Shown: one piece after another, positions 26,859-39,240 of the stretch
Layout of the letters: the number at the start of each line of letters is the position of its first letter
Position numbering within the stretch: the stretch's first letter is position 1
Assembly (NCBI GenBank): GCA_951406725.2
Contig: OX597842.1
Location: 24,924,001 to 24,988,000 of the forward strand
Reading direction: 5' to 3'
Origin: Octopus vulgaris
Taxonomy: Eukaryota
DNA: 64,000 nucleotides
Program-made: the position numbers and the translations under genes
The notes under the pieces: generated by a model
Database searches by the model: none
Told to the model about the DNA's origin: nothing
The model's input: the letters and a program-made list of their open reading frames with translations, nothing else

Positions 26859-27300
26859 TATATTAAATTAGAGACAAAACCACTATTATGCAAATCAAAC
26901 AAAGAAAGACTTAAGCCAATACATAAAATTAATTTATAATTATTTAGAAAATTTAACAATTATTAATATCCACTACGATCGTTTCATGTCTTCTTTTCAT
27001 CACATCTTTGAGTAGCAGACATTCTTCAGGTGGTTTCAAAACCTAAAATATAATCAATATTTTTAAGATATAAATAATCTAAATAATCTAAAATAATAAT
27101 TTACTTATAATAAACTCTATTATTAAATATGATTATATCGAAATCGACTATAATGTTAAATATTAACTTTAATTTATAAGGCAAATCAAACAGTGAAAAA
27201 CATAAACCAAAACATAGAAATAAAATTAATATAATATATAAAATTCAAAATTTAAATTATTTGATTTGCCTAATAGTGGTTTTATCTCTAATTTAATATA
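26859..27300. mobile_element. AT-rich element with terminal inverted repeats of about 41 bp carrying a hammerhead motif (Penelope-like pseudo-LTR derivative)
   Basis: tatattaaattagagacaaaaccactattatgcaaatcaaa is an inverted match to tttgatttgcctaatagtggttttatctctaatttaatata; flanked by (TA)n. Confidence 0.6.
26970..27033 (-). ncRNA. Type I hammerhead ribozyme, minimal Penelope-like, core intact
   Basis: Minus strand: ccac CUGAAGA atgtct(...)agacat GAAA c gatc g UA gtgg. All core nucleotides present, 4-bp stem I, 6-bp stem II, palindromic stem III, GUA cleavage triplet. Confidence 0.7.
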
Positions 27301-27377
27301 TATATATTTATACTGTAAAATTGGATTTAATCCTAAATCTAATTTTTCCCTGTAAGTTTGGATTTACTCCCTAATAT

Positions 27378-27441
<64 letters not shown>

Positions 27442-28532
27442 ATCTTTGTGTCAGTGTTTTGTCCTACCACCACTGCTTGACAACTAGTTCCGGTGTGTTT
27501 ACGTCCCTGTAAGCTAGCAGTTTGGCAAAAAGAAACCAATAGAATAAGTACGAGGCGACGCTGGTAACGATCACGCTCAAATGGTGCTTTTTACGTGCCA
27601 TTGGCACGGAAGCCAGACAGCTGCCCTGCCCGTGATCCCGCTCTGATGGAGCTGCTAGTGCTCCACTGGCACGGGTGCCAGTCATCGAATTTGGTTCAAT
27701 TTTGATTTCACTTGCCCCAACAGATCTTTGCAAGCAGGGTTTAGTCTCCAAAGAAGGAAAGGTATGCATAAGTGGGCTGGCTACACCCTTGGTAAAGGCC
27801 ACGGGTTATGATCTCACTTGTCTTGCCGGGTCTTCTCGCGCACAGCATATTTCCAAAGGCCTCGGTCACTAGTCATTGCTTCTGTGAGTCCTAGTTTGAG
27901 AAAGAAATTTAGCTTTCTTGCAGTAGAGCAAAGTTTTTTTATGGACCCTTAAAATACTCCTGTGGATCCCCAAAAATCGTATATGAACCCTAGTTGAGAA
28001 CCATTTCTGTTGAGGATTTGTCATAATTAATCTCCAAATGGCAATTTTGACCATTTCCACTTGGAGGGGAGATAACCTCATGATTCAAAAGGTCTCGAAA
28101 ACTGACATGCCATTATGGAAAAGGACACATGTCATCATCATCATCATCGTTTAACGTCCGTTCTCCATGCTAGCATGGGTTGGACGGTTCGACCGGGGAT
28201 CTGGGAAGCCAGAAGGCTGCACCAGGCTCCAGTCTTATCTGGCAATGTTTCTACAGCTGGATGCCCTTCCTAACGCCAACCACTCCGTGAGTGTAGTGGG
28301 TGCTTTTTACGTGCCACCTGCACAGGTGCCAGGCGAGGCTGGCAACGGCCACGGTCGGATTGGTGTATTTTATGTGCCACCGGCACGGAAGCCAGTCGAA
28401 GCGGCGCTGGCATCGGCCACAAGTCGGATAGTGCTTTTTACGTACCACCAGACCAGGGATCCTGGCTGGTTCAATGTGAAAATAAGAGGACAGACCCACT
28501 CACAAGGCCCTTGGTAGGCCTGAAGCTATAGT

Positions 28533-28706
28533 GCAGTGGTTCCCAACCTTTTTTATGCCCCGCACCCCTAAAAGCTTTTAATGGTGTTCACGCACCCTTT
28601 AAAGTAATAATTTATATAAGAATATAGGTACCCAGGGCAATTGCCCTCTTTGTTCCCCTATAAATCCATCCCTGCTATCTTGCACCCTCAAGGGGTGGGA
28701 AACCCA
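28533..28706. mobile_element. Degraded hAT-like MITE inserted in a family A SINE
   Basis: Begins cagtggttcccaacct; flanked by gctatagt/gctgtagt 8-bp near-duplication; SINE sequence resumes afterwards. Confidence 0.55.
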
Positions 28707-29601
28707 GCTGTAGTAGAAGACAGTTGCTCAAGGTGCCATGCAGTGGGATTGAACCTTAAACCATGTGGTTCAGTATTTCTGCCTCTAAAATATGTGATAA
28801 TTATTACATGGCAAATAAGACAACTCTACCTGCAAAGGGGAGATAATCTTGAGAATTTACACCTTCAACCTGTTCTCTTTCTATGAAATAGCTGTCTCTT
28901 GGCTGCTGTTGATGAGTTAAGGAGGTTGTGCTGACGATGGTTATTGAAGCCGAAGCACATGCCCACAACAGTCCTTCTTATCTCTGGGTAATAAATTTGC
29001 CCCTTTCCATAACGGCAGGTTAGTTTTGGAGAGTTCTTGAATCTAGGGATTATCTCCCTTCCTCCTGTGGAACTAGTTTTAATTGCAATTTGGTAATTAT
29101 GACATCCTCTAGTTAGAGATAATTTTAATGAATCGTGAATTTGTTTCACACACACACACACACACACACACGCCAAACATATTTGATTATATCTATTATA
29201 CACACACACACACACAGGTGTAGGTATGGCTGTGTGGTAAGATGCTTGCTTCCCAGCCACATGGTTCCAGGTTCAGTCCTACTGTGTGCCATCTTGGGGA
29301 TGTGTTTTCTACTTTCGCTTTTGACCGAGTGGATTTGGTAGACAGAAACTGGAAAAATTCCGTAACGTGTCTGTGCATGTATGTGTGTGTGTGTTTGTTC
29401 CCCACCACTACTTGACAGTTGGTGTTTGTTTACTTTCCTGTGACTTAGTGGTTCAGTGAAAAGAGACTGATAATACCATGCTGAAAAAAAAAGAAAACAA
29501 CTACTTGAGTTGATTCATGCAACTAAACATTCTTCAAGGCATTGGCCCAGCATGGCTGCAGTGAAATGACTAACATTTAGAAAGGAAAAGAAAATACACA
29601 C

Positions 29602-29632
<31 letters not shown>

Positions 29633-29734
29633 TAAATGCGCCCTTTTAAAGCCTAGCCAGGCTCATGGGCCCGTTTTCCTGGTTTCCATGGCGTATGTGT
29701 TCCCCAGCTGGATGGGACACCAGTCCATGCACCG

Positions 29735-29786
<52 letters not shown>

Positions 29787-29789
29787 ATC

Positions 29790-29996
29790 TTTTACTCTTT
29801 TACTTGTTTTAGTCATTTGACTCTGGCCACGCTGGAGCGCCGCCTTTAGTTGAGCAAATCGACCCCAGGACTTATTCTTTGCAAGCCTAGTACTTATTCT
29901 GTCTGTCTCTTGCCAAACCACTAAGTTATGGGGACGTAAACACACCAGCATCGGTTGTCAAGCGATGTTGTGGGGGGACAAACACAGACGCACACA

Positions 29997-30044
<48 letters not shown>

Positions 30045-30212
30045 CATACATATATACGACGGGCTTCTTTCAGTTTCTGTCTACCAAATCCACTCACAAG
30101 GCTTTGGTCGGCCCGAGGCTATAGTAGAAGACACTTGCTCAAGGTGCCATGCAGTGGGACTGAACCCGGAACCATGTGGTTGGTAAGCAAGCTACTTACC
30201 ACACAGCCACTC
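29790..30212 (-). mobile_element. SINE family A
   Basis: Homologous to the other family A copies. Confidence 0.85.
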
Positions 30213-30487
30213 CAAAATTATTTAACTGTTAGATATGTCACGAGTGATGTTGCCTCTTTTCTCTTGCCTTCTTCCTTTCCCTGAACTCCATATTTGTCCC
30301 TTTTTGCTCCCTACTAAAATTCACTCCTATGATAACACTATCCACTATATCTTTATACCTATGTGCTTCAAATAATTTCTCCTAAACTTAGATAATTTTT
30401 TTCAATTTTTTTTTCCCCCCTTTATTTTTCTAATATGATTCATATAGAAATGTTTGTGAAATATTTCTCTGAAGTCATTTTTGATCT

Positions 30488-30535
30488 CCACTGATGATCG
30501 TGTGTAGCTTATGAAACAGTGTGCTCATTGTATGG
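30488..30535 (+). ncRNA. Hammerhead-like motif on the sense strand, weak stem II
   Basis: cca CUGAUGA tcgtgtgtagcttat GAAA cagtg tgct cattg UA tgg. Confidence 0.4.
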
Positions 30536-30931
30536 TCCCATATGAAAACAAATATAATATACTCTGTGTTTAGGAATGTATTGAGTACTACATTGATCAG
30601 TGGGCTATTTGACCATTCCTTATTAAAATTACCAAAAAAATATAAACATACATGGATACATAATCATTAATTTACAATTTGTATGTATTTATATGCATAT
30701 ACACACATGTGGCTATTAATTAATATATTATAATTATTGATTAATGTTAATTAATAATTATATATATTATATATGTATATATGATACACACACACAAACA
30801 CAATGTATACACATATGTGGGTATTGATTAATAATTATATGTATGTAATTTTTGTGTGTACATATACGTTTATCTAATTCTATATCTGCGTATGTTTATT
30901 ATATGAATAACTGTTATCTGTTTATTTTCAG

Positions 30932-31074
30932 ATTCAGCAGAGACCAACCGAGCAGCAGCAGCAGCAGCGGCAGCAGCCGCCGCTGCAGCGCTAGCCCTGC
31001 CTCCTGGGGTCACCGAGAAGGATGTTGATTTATTTAAACGAGCTCAGGAAAAGGCCCAGCAGGCTCTCTTTGAG
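30932..31074 (+). CDS. KAT6B: KAT6 exon: poly-Ala plus pre-MYST helix (DSAETNR-polyA-LALPPGVTEKDVDLFKRAQEKAQQALFE)
   Basis: ttttcag acceptor (phase 1), GAG|gtaaga donor. TEKDVDLFKRAQE resembles KAT6A TEKDMELFRDIQE. Not reported in the ORF track. Confidence 0.9.
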
Positions 31075-31099
31075 GTAAGAGAAAAATCAGTGTTATAGT

Positions 31100-31268
31100 A
31101 ATACAGTTTCATATTTAAGAGATGAGGAATTATGTACATTATTTACATTTGACGGATATTTCTCCTCATCTTGTTTGTTGTTAACACGTTTCGGCTGATA
31201 TGCTCTCCAGCTTTCATCAGGTGTCTTGGGGAAATTTTGAACCTGGGGTCTCATTCCTAAGGTATTTG
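31100..31268 (-). mobile_element. Penelope-like pseudo-LTR repeat with degenerate hammerhead core; second copy at about 45660-45820
   Basis: Two homologous copies; minus strand gacac CUGAUGA aagctg...cagcc GAAA cgtgtt. Confidence 0.55.
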
Positions 31269-31839
31269 AGTCTCTACATCTACACTCTTGAGTGGTTGGT
31301 GTTAGGAAGGGCATTCAACCATAGAAACCATGCCAAATTAAACTGGAACCTGGTGCAGCTTGCTGGCTTATCAGTTCTAAGAGAACCTGTCCAACCCATG
31401 CTAGCAAGGAAAATGGATGTTAAATGATGATGATGATGATGGCTGAAAAGGTTAAACATCAAAAAGGCGGCGAGCTGGCAGAAGCGTTAGCACGCCGGGC
31501 GAAATGCCTAGCGGTATTTCGTCTGCTGCTACTTTCTGAGTTCAAATTCCGTCGAGGTCAACTTTGCCTTTCATCCTTTGTGGGTCGATTAAATAAGTAC
31601 CAGTTATACACTGGGGTCGATATAATCGACTTAATCCGTTTGTCTGTCCTTGTTTGTCCTCTCTGTGTTTAGCCCCTTGTGGGTAGTAAAGAAATAGGGT
31701 TAAACATCAAATGGCATTGGTTGGGGTCCACCAGAGTAAAATGGGAGCCAGAGGGGTCCATAGGCAAAAAAATGGTTGGGAAACCCTGGATTAAAACCAA
31801 TACCCATAACCTAATGTAATGTTTCGTTTCTATTTTCAG

Positions 31840-32189
31840 GCTTCGTGTAATGGGTCCGACAAGAAGACGTCTGGTGGCAGTGGCAGCGAGGCAACGGATG
31901 CCAGCACCAATATGGCGTCGAGCAGCACTGCTGCGGCTGGGGCGGCGACCGCAACGACGACGGCGACGACAACAGTCACCACGGCAACCACTGCTGCTGC
32001 GATGAGCACTGCGATGCCCACCTGTCCAAGTTCACCCCTATCATCGTCCTCTTCCTCCTCTTCCTCCACCTCCTCCTCATCATCACACACACCTCCAGAC
32101 ACTCAGGGACGCTTTCCACCATGCATAGAGTTTGGCAAATATGAAATTCAGACCTGGTACTCTTCGCCATACCCTCAAGAATATGCCAG
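31840..32189 (+). CDS. KAT6B: KAT6 exon: S/T/A-rich spacer and start of MYST domain ([27 protein letters not shown])
   Basis: ttttcag acceptor, AG|gtttgt donor (phase 2). [19 protein letters not shown] is the MYST N-terminal signature. Confidence 0.95.
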
Positions 32190-32202
32190 GTTTGTGTAGT
32201 TT

Positions 32203-32500
32203 TACTACTACTACTACTACTATCACCACCACCACCACCACTGCTGCTAATACTACTACTACCACTATTACTACCGTCACTACTACCATCGCTACTACCA
32301 CCACTACCATAACTACTACCACCACTACCACCACCACCACCACTACCACCACCACTACCACCACTACTACTACTACCACTATTACTACCACCACTATTAC
32401 TACCACCACTATTACTACCACCACTATTACTACCACCACTATACTACCACCACCACCACTACTACTACCACCACCACCACTACCACCACCACTACTACTA
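32203..32500. repeat. (ACT/ACC)n trinucleotide microsatellite just downstream of the 32189 donor
   Basis: Directly visible. Confidence 0.95.
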
Positions 32501-32996
32501 ACTGAAGGCACATGGCTCAGTGGTTAGAGCATCGAGCTGACGATCGTGAGGTTGTGAGTTTGATTCCTGGACCAGGCTGTGTGTTGAGTTCTTGAGCAAG
32601 ACACTTCATTTCACTTTGCTCCAATTCACTCATCTATAGAAATGAGTTACGACATCACTGGTGCCAAGCTGTATTGGCCCCTTTGCTTTTCCCTTGGATA
32701 ACGCTGGTAGCGTGGAGTGGGGGGGTCAGGGGGCTGGTATGCATGGGCGACTGTTGGTCTTCCACGAACAACTTTTCCCAGACTCGTACCTTGGAGGGGA
32801 ACATTGTAGGCTCAACCTCATGGTCATTCGTGACCGAAGGAGCTTCTTTACCCCTTAATAATACTATTCTCTCTCTTCTCCTTTGCTTCCTTGCTCGCTC
32901 TCTCCTCTTTCGCTTGAACTCCCTCACCACACATGCACACACATATATATATATTTATATATAAAAATATAGTGTACATTTAAACACATAAGAGAT

Positions 32997-33193
32997 GGCC
33001 ATAACAGGACATCTGACTCGCTAGAAAGAGTAGTTAAACTACAAACCACTAAATAGTGGTAATTTTGAAAGGGAATGAAAAATGCAGGAAAAATAGGGTA
33101 AATGTTTTTATTTTCCATTCCCCTTCGAAATTACCCCTAATAGTGGTTTGTAGTTTAACTACTCTTTCTAACGAATCATGTCCTGTTATGGCC
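32997..33193. repeat. Long imperfect inverted repeat (arms about 85 bp)
   Basis: ggccataacaggacat...agaaagagtagttaaactacaaaccacta pairs with tagtggtttgtagtttaactactctttct...atgtcctgttatggcc. Confidence 0.85.
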
Positions 33194-33453
33194 CAATAAT
33201 ATATAGTCTATTGACTAGTTTTTTCTTCCTGCTAGACCACTGGTAGCAAAGAATTTTTCTAAATTTCTTTGCTACCCTAAGATTTATATATATATATATA
33301 TATATATGAGGGCAGAGAGAGAAAGATGCCTTTTCAGTGAAAAGGCATTCAACTCCCCCAAAGCAATCACATAAATACACCTGTCCAAAATGCTGCTGCA
33401 CAGTAGGAGTGAACTGGCAGCCTCTTACTAATTGTAACATAATGAAAATTAAT

Positions 33454-33653
33454 TATTCTGTTGTGTCTGGAGAGAGTCATTTTCTTTTTGTGCCTTATAA
33501 TGTAACACACTCACCGGTAAAATTTCCACTTATTTCTTATTTTTATTGTCCTAAAATTTTCATTGTGTCTTCCAACCTTTTCAATAGTCTTGACTCTGTC
33601 TGTTATTTATAAGTCACAAAAAGAAAATGACTCTCCCCAGACACAACAGAATA
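33454..33653. repeat. 47-bp inverted repeat enclosing a U3:A8 hammerhead-like motif
   Basis: 33454-33500 is the near-perfect reverse complement of 33607-33653; a solo arm also occurs at about 51860-51898. Confidence 0.8.
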
Positions 33654-33772
33654 TGCTACAATACACAAACTCATATAAAGAATCTTGCAATCCAAATCCC
33701 AAAACGAAGAAAATAAATTACTTTAGCTGTAATTAGTCCTCTCTTAATGATGTTTTCTCTTTTGCTTTCCAG

Positions 33773-33845
33773 ATTACCAAAATTGTACATATGTGAATTT
33801 TGTTTAAAGTTTATGAAAAGTCGGAGCATACTACAGAGACACATG
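33773..33845 (+). CDS. KAT6B: KAT6 exon: MYST C2HC zinc finger ([24 protein letters not shown])
   Basis: tttccag acceptor, ATG|gtaagt donor. CxxC-x12-H pattern. Confidence 0.96.
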
Positions 33846-35085
33846 GTAAGTGGTGCCTGGATATTGGCTTCCTTTGTTGTCTTTTGACCCTTAATTGGTC
33901 GAGAAAAGGTTGCATGTATATCTTCTAACCCTTAATTGGTGGGGAAAGGTTGTGAAATGGGCAAAAAGCTAAAAGAGGTCCTTTTTCTTAACCCTTTAAC
34001 ACTCAGATTAGTCTATCAGATGTAATGAGTATTGATGTACATTGATTTGAATTATCGTAAATCCTCGAGTATAGTCCACCCTTGAGTATAATACGCAGGG
34101 GATTTTTAGGGAGCTGTACCTCTGAAAAACCTAAACCTTGTGTATAATACGCACCCCTTCTCTAACTTGAGTCAATGAGGTCTATATAATGTCCTTGGTT
34201 TGTAAAAATGTATACGGTAACGTCCTTCATTATTATTGTATATATAACATAATGCAAACGTGTAGCTTTTTGGGGCATTTTGTTTGATAATACCAGCATC
34301 AAGTGGTTAAGCTGAACTATAGAATACAAGTTAATAAGAAATTTTGATGGTTTTAATTTAGATCAGCTGGGTAACCATGTCCCCTCCTCTTACAGCAAGA
34401 CACCTGTTTCTGTCTCTCTGTTTCACTATAACCTTTCATCATCTAACACAAGATCATCTCCTTCAATGCCCTTCTCCCTTCTCAAAATGTCTTTGTCTTG
34501 CCAGTTACTTGGTGACCCTGCCAGTGCTGGTGCCATGTAAAAAAAAAAAAGCATCCAGCCCACATTGTAAAGTGGTTGGCATTTGGAAGGGCATCCAGCT
34601 GTAAAAACCTTGCCAAAGCTGACCATATTTGTGCTGGTGCCATGTAATAAGCACTCGGTCCACATTGTAAAGTGGTTGGCATTTGGAAGGGCATCCAGCT
34701 GTAAAGACCTTTCCAAAACTGACCTTGCCTGTGCTGGTGCCATGTAGAAAGCACTCAATCCACTCTTTGGGATGGCTGGTGATAGAAAGGACATCCATCT
34801 GTAAAAACCATGCCAAAACAGACATAGAAGTCTGGTGCCGGTTCCTATCAAACCGTCCAACCCATGCCAGCATGGAAGGCAGATGTTAAACAATGATGAT
34901 GATGACTTTAAAACTGGAGGTTTATGTCATAAAACCAAGGGCTGCCTCAGACAGTTTGATATCCAAAAGAGTTAAAGGGTTAAATTTGATTTTTCTGCAT
35001 ATTTACTGCCTCTATTTCTGCATTCCATTTATCCCAGTTCACTGTCCCTTTTTTTTTTACTTACCCAATTTGTCTCTTACATCAC

Positions 35086-35316
35086 CATCATCATCATCGT
35101 TTAGTGTCCGCTTTCCATGCTAGCATGGGTTGGACGGTTCAACTGGGGTCTAGGAAGCCAGAAGGCTGCACCAGGCCCAGTCTGATCTGGCATCCAGCCG
35201 TAGAAACACTGCCAGATCAGACTGGGCCTGGTGCAGCCTCTGGGCTTCCCATACCCCAGTTGAACCGTCCAACCCATGCTAGCATGGAAAGCGGACACTA
35301 AACGATGATGATGATG
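35086..35316. repeat. Fold-back palindrome of a family D element, 107-bp arms, 17-nt loop
   Basis: 35086-35192 is the reverse complement of 35210-35316 with few mismatches. Confidence 0.92.
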
Positions 35317-35749
35317 ACGTTGTCTCTCACTATCTTCTTTCATTCACACTCTCTCCCACACATTGAAATTCTCTCTCTCTCTCTCTCTCAAATCTACTCT
35401 CTCCCCTATCTCTCTCTTACACTCACTCTGTTTCTCTCTTTCTTACATTCACATATACATTCTCTCTCTCTCTCTCATACACACACACACATTCACACAC
35501 TTTGTCCTAATCTTTTCTGTTCATGCTCTATATTTCTCACATGCGCTCTCTTCTCTAACTAACACACATGTGTGCATGCGTACACGCTCACACACTCTAT
35601 TTCTCTTTTTCTCCCTCTCTCTGTCATTTCTCTGTCTGTCCTTCTCTTTTTTCTGTCTCTCTTTCTTTCTCTCTCTTTTCTCTGTCTCTCTTTGTCTCTC
35701 TTTGTCACTCTTCTATCTCCCTGTCTCTCTTTGTCTGCCTGTTTATTTC

Positions 35750-36380
35750 TCTCTCTCTCTCTCTGTCATTCTCTCTCTTTCTGTCATTCTCTCTCTTTCT
35801 GTCATTCTCTCTCTCTCTCTGTCATTCTCTCTCTTTCTGTCATTTTCTCTCTCTCTCTCTCATTCTCCCTATCTCTCTGTCATTCTCCCTATCTCTCTCT
35901 GTCATTCTCCCTATCTCTCTCTGTCATTCTCCCTATCTCTCTCTGTCATTCTCCCTATCTCTCTCTGTCATTCTCTCCTTCTCCCTCTCTGTCATTCTCT
36001 CTCTCTCTCTGTCATTCTCTCTCTCTCTCTGTCATTCTCTCTCTCTCTCTGTCATTCTCTCTCTCTCTCTGTCATTCTCTCTCTCTCTCTATCATTCTCT
36101 CTCTCTCTTTGTCATTCTCTCTCTCTCTTTGTCATTCTCTCTCTCTCTTTGTCATTCTCTCTCTCTCTGTCATTCTCTCTCTCTCTCTGTCATTCTCTCT
36201 CTCTCTCTCTGTCATTCTCTCTCTCTCTGTCATTCTCTCTCTCTCTGTCATTCTCTCTCTCTCTCTGTCATTCTCTCTCTCTCTGTCATTCTCTCTCTCT
36301 CTCTGTCATTCTTTCTCTCTCTGTCATTCTTCTTCTCTCTGTCATTCTCTCTCTCTCACTCGTTCTTTCTCTCTCTCCAG
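35750..36380. repeat. (CT)n-gtcatt pyrimidine-rich minisatellite
   Basis: Directly visible, upstream of exon 36487. Confidence 0.93.
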
Positions 36381-36447
36381 TTCTCACCTGCATTCACAAC
36401 CCAACCAAACACCAATTTCGTTTTTCTCTCCTGAAGCCTGTTTCTAA

Positions 36448-36813
<366 letters not shown>

Positions 36814-36850
36814 TAGACGGAAACTGAAAGAAGCCTGTCGTATATATGTG

Positions 36851-36897
<47 letters not shown>

Positions 36898-38982
36898 GTG
36901 TCTGTGTTTGTTCCCCTAGCATTGCTTGACAACCGATGCTGGTGTGTTTACGTCCCCGTCACTTAGCTGTTCGGCAAAAAGAGACCGATAAAATAAGTAC
37001 TGGGCTTACAAAAAGAATAAGTCCTGGGGTCGAGTTGCTCGACTAAAGGCGGTGCTCCAGCATGGCCGCAGTCAAATGACTGATACAAGTAAAAGAGTAA
37101 AAGAGAGAGTAACCATTTTTCTTTTTTTTTTTAAGGTGCATGGCTCAGTGGTTAGAGCATTGGGCTGACAATCATGAGGTAGTGAGTTCAATTTCTGAAC
37201 TGGGCTGCATGTTGTGATCTTCTACAAGACTCTGTATTTCACGTTGCTCCAGTTCACTCAGCTGTAGAAATGAGTTGCAATGTCACTGGTGCCAAGCTGT
37301 ATCGGCCCCTTTGCCTTTCCCTTGGATAACATTGGTGTAATGGAGAATTGGGAGGCTGGTATGTATGGGTGACGAGCTGGCAGAAACGTTAGCACGCCGG
37401 GCGAAAAGCGTAGCCGTATTTTCTCTGCCGTTACGTTCTGAGTTCAAATTCCGCCGAGGTCGACTTTGCCTTTCATCCTTTCGGGGTCGATAAATTAAGT
37501 ACCAGTTACGCACTGGGGTCGATATAATCGACTTAATCCCTTTGTCTGTCCTTGTTTGCCTCATCGGTGTTTAGCCCCTTGTGGGTAGTAAAGAAATAGG
37601 TATTTCCTCTGCCGTTACGTTCTGAGTTCAAATTCCGCCGAGGTCGACTTTGCCTTTCATCCTTTCGGGGTCGATAAATTAAGTACCAGTTACGCACTGG
37701 GGTCGATATAATCGACTTAACCCGTCTGTCTGTCCTTGTTTGTCTCATCGGTGTTTAGCCCCTTGTGGGTAGTAAAGAAACAGGTATGTATGGGTGACTG
37801 CTGGTCTTCCATAGACAACCTTACCTGGACTTGTTCCTTGGAGAGTTACTTTCTAGGTGCTATAACCTACTTATTTATGACTGAAGGGGGTCTTTAGCCT
37901 TTACCCGATGTATATATAATGGTGTTGAGGTGGGAGGCCGGTATGCATGGGCGACTGCTGGTCTACCATAAACAACCTTGCCTGGACTTGTGTGCCGGAA
38001 AGCAACTTTCTAGGTGCAATCCTGAGGTCATTTGTGATCGAAGAGGGCTTTTACCATTGACCCACACTAAGACTTGTCGAGCCAAGTGAAATTGGGGATA
38101 TGCTGTGCTTGAGAAGACTCGTCAAGCCAGGTAAGATCGTAATTGTGGAACATAAAAGCACCTGTGCTGGTGGTACGTAAAAAGCACCCATTACACTCTT
38201 GGAGTGGTTGGTGTTAGGAAGGGCATACAGTCATAGAAACCTATTTCTTTATTACCCACAAGGGGCTAAACACAGAGGGGACAAACAAGGACAGACATAG
38301 GTATTAAGTCGATTACATCGACCCCAGTGCGTTACTGGTACTTAATTTATTGACCCCGAAAGGATGAAAGGCAAAGTCGACCTCGGCGGAATTTGAACTC
38401 ACAACGTAACGTCAGACGAAATACCGCTGAACATTTCTCCCGGCGCGCTAACGTTTCTGCCAGATCGCCGCCATACAGTCATAGAAACCATGCCAGATTC
38501 AGACTGGGATCTGGTGCAGTTCCCTCGGTTTATGAGTTCCAGTCGAGCCATCTAACCCATGTCCGTGTGGAAAGCAGATGCTAAGTAATAATGATGATGA
38601 TAATGATGCAGACATACGCACATGTGTCTGTATTTTATGATACATGTATGTGTGTATGTTTGTGTTTCAGTATTTTGGCATCATGTTTTAGCTGTAAATG
38701 AGTGTCACTGTCATACAAGCAGTGTCGTTTCCTATATTCTGCAAAAACATGCCTGGCTGTAAGGAAAGATCACCTTGCTTGGTAACAGGTGAGGGCATGC
38801 TGCAAATTGTAGAAAACTTTTTTCTCAGCAAATTCCATTCAACCCATGCAAGCATAGAAAAGCAGCTGTTAAGATGATGATGTTGTTGATGATGATGATG
38901 ATGTTGATGATGATGTTGATGTTGATGATGATGATGTTGATGATGTTGATGTTGATGATGATGATGATGATCACTGGACTAG

Positions 38983-39240
<258 letters not shown>

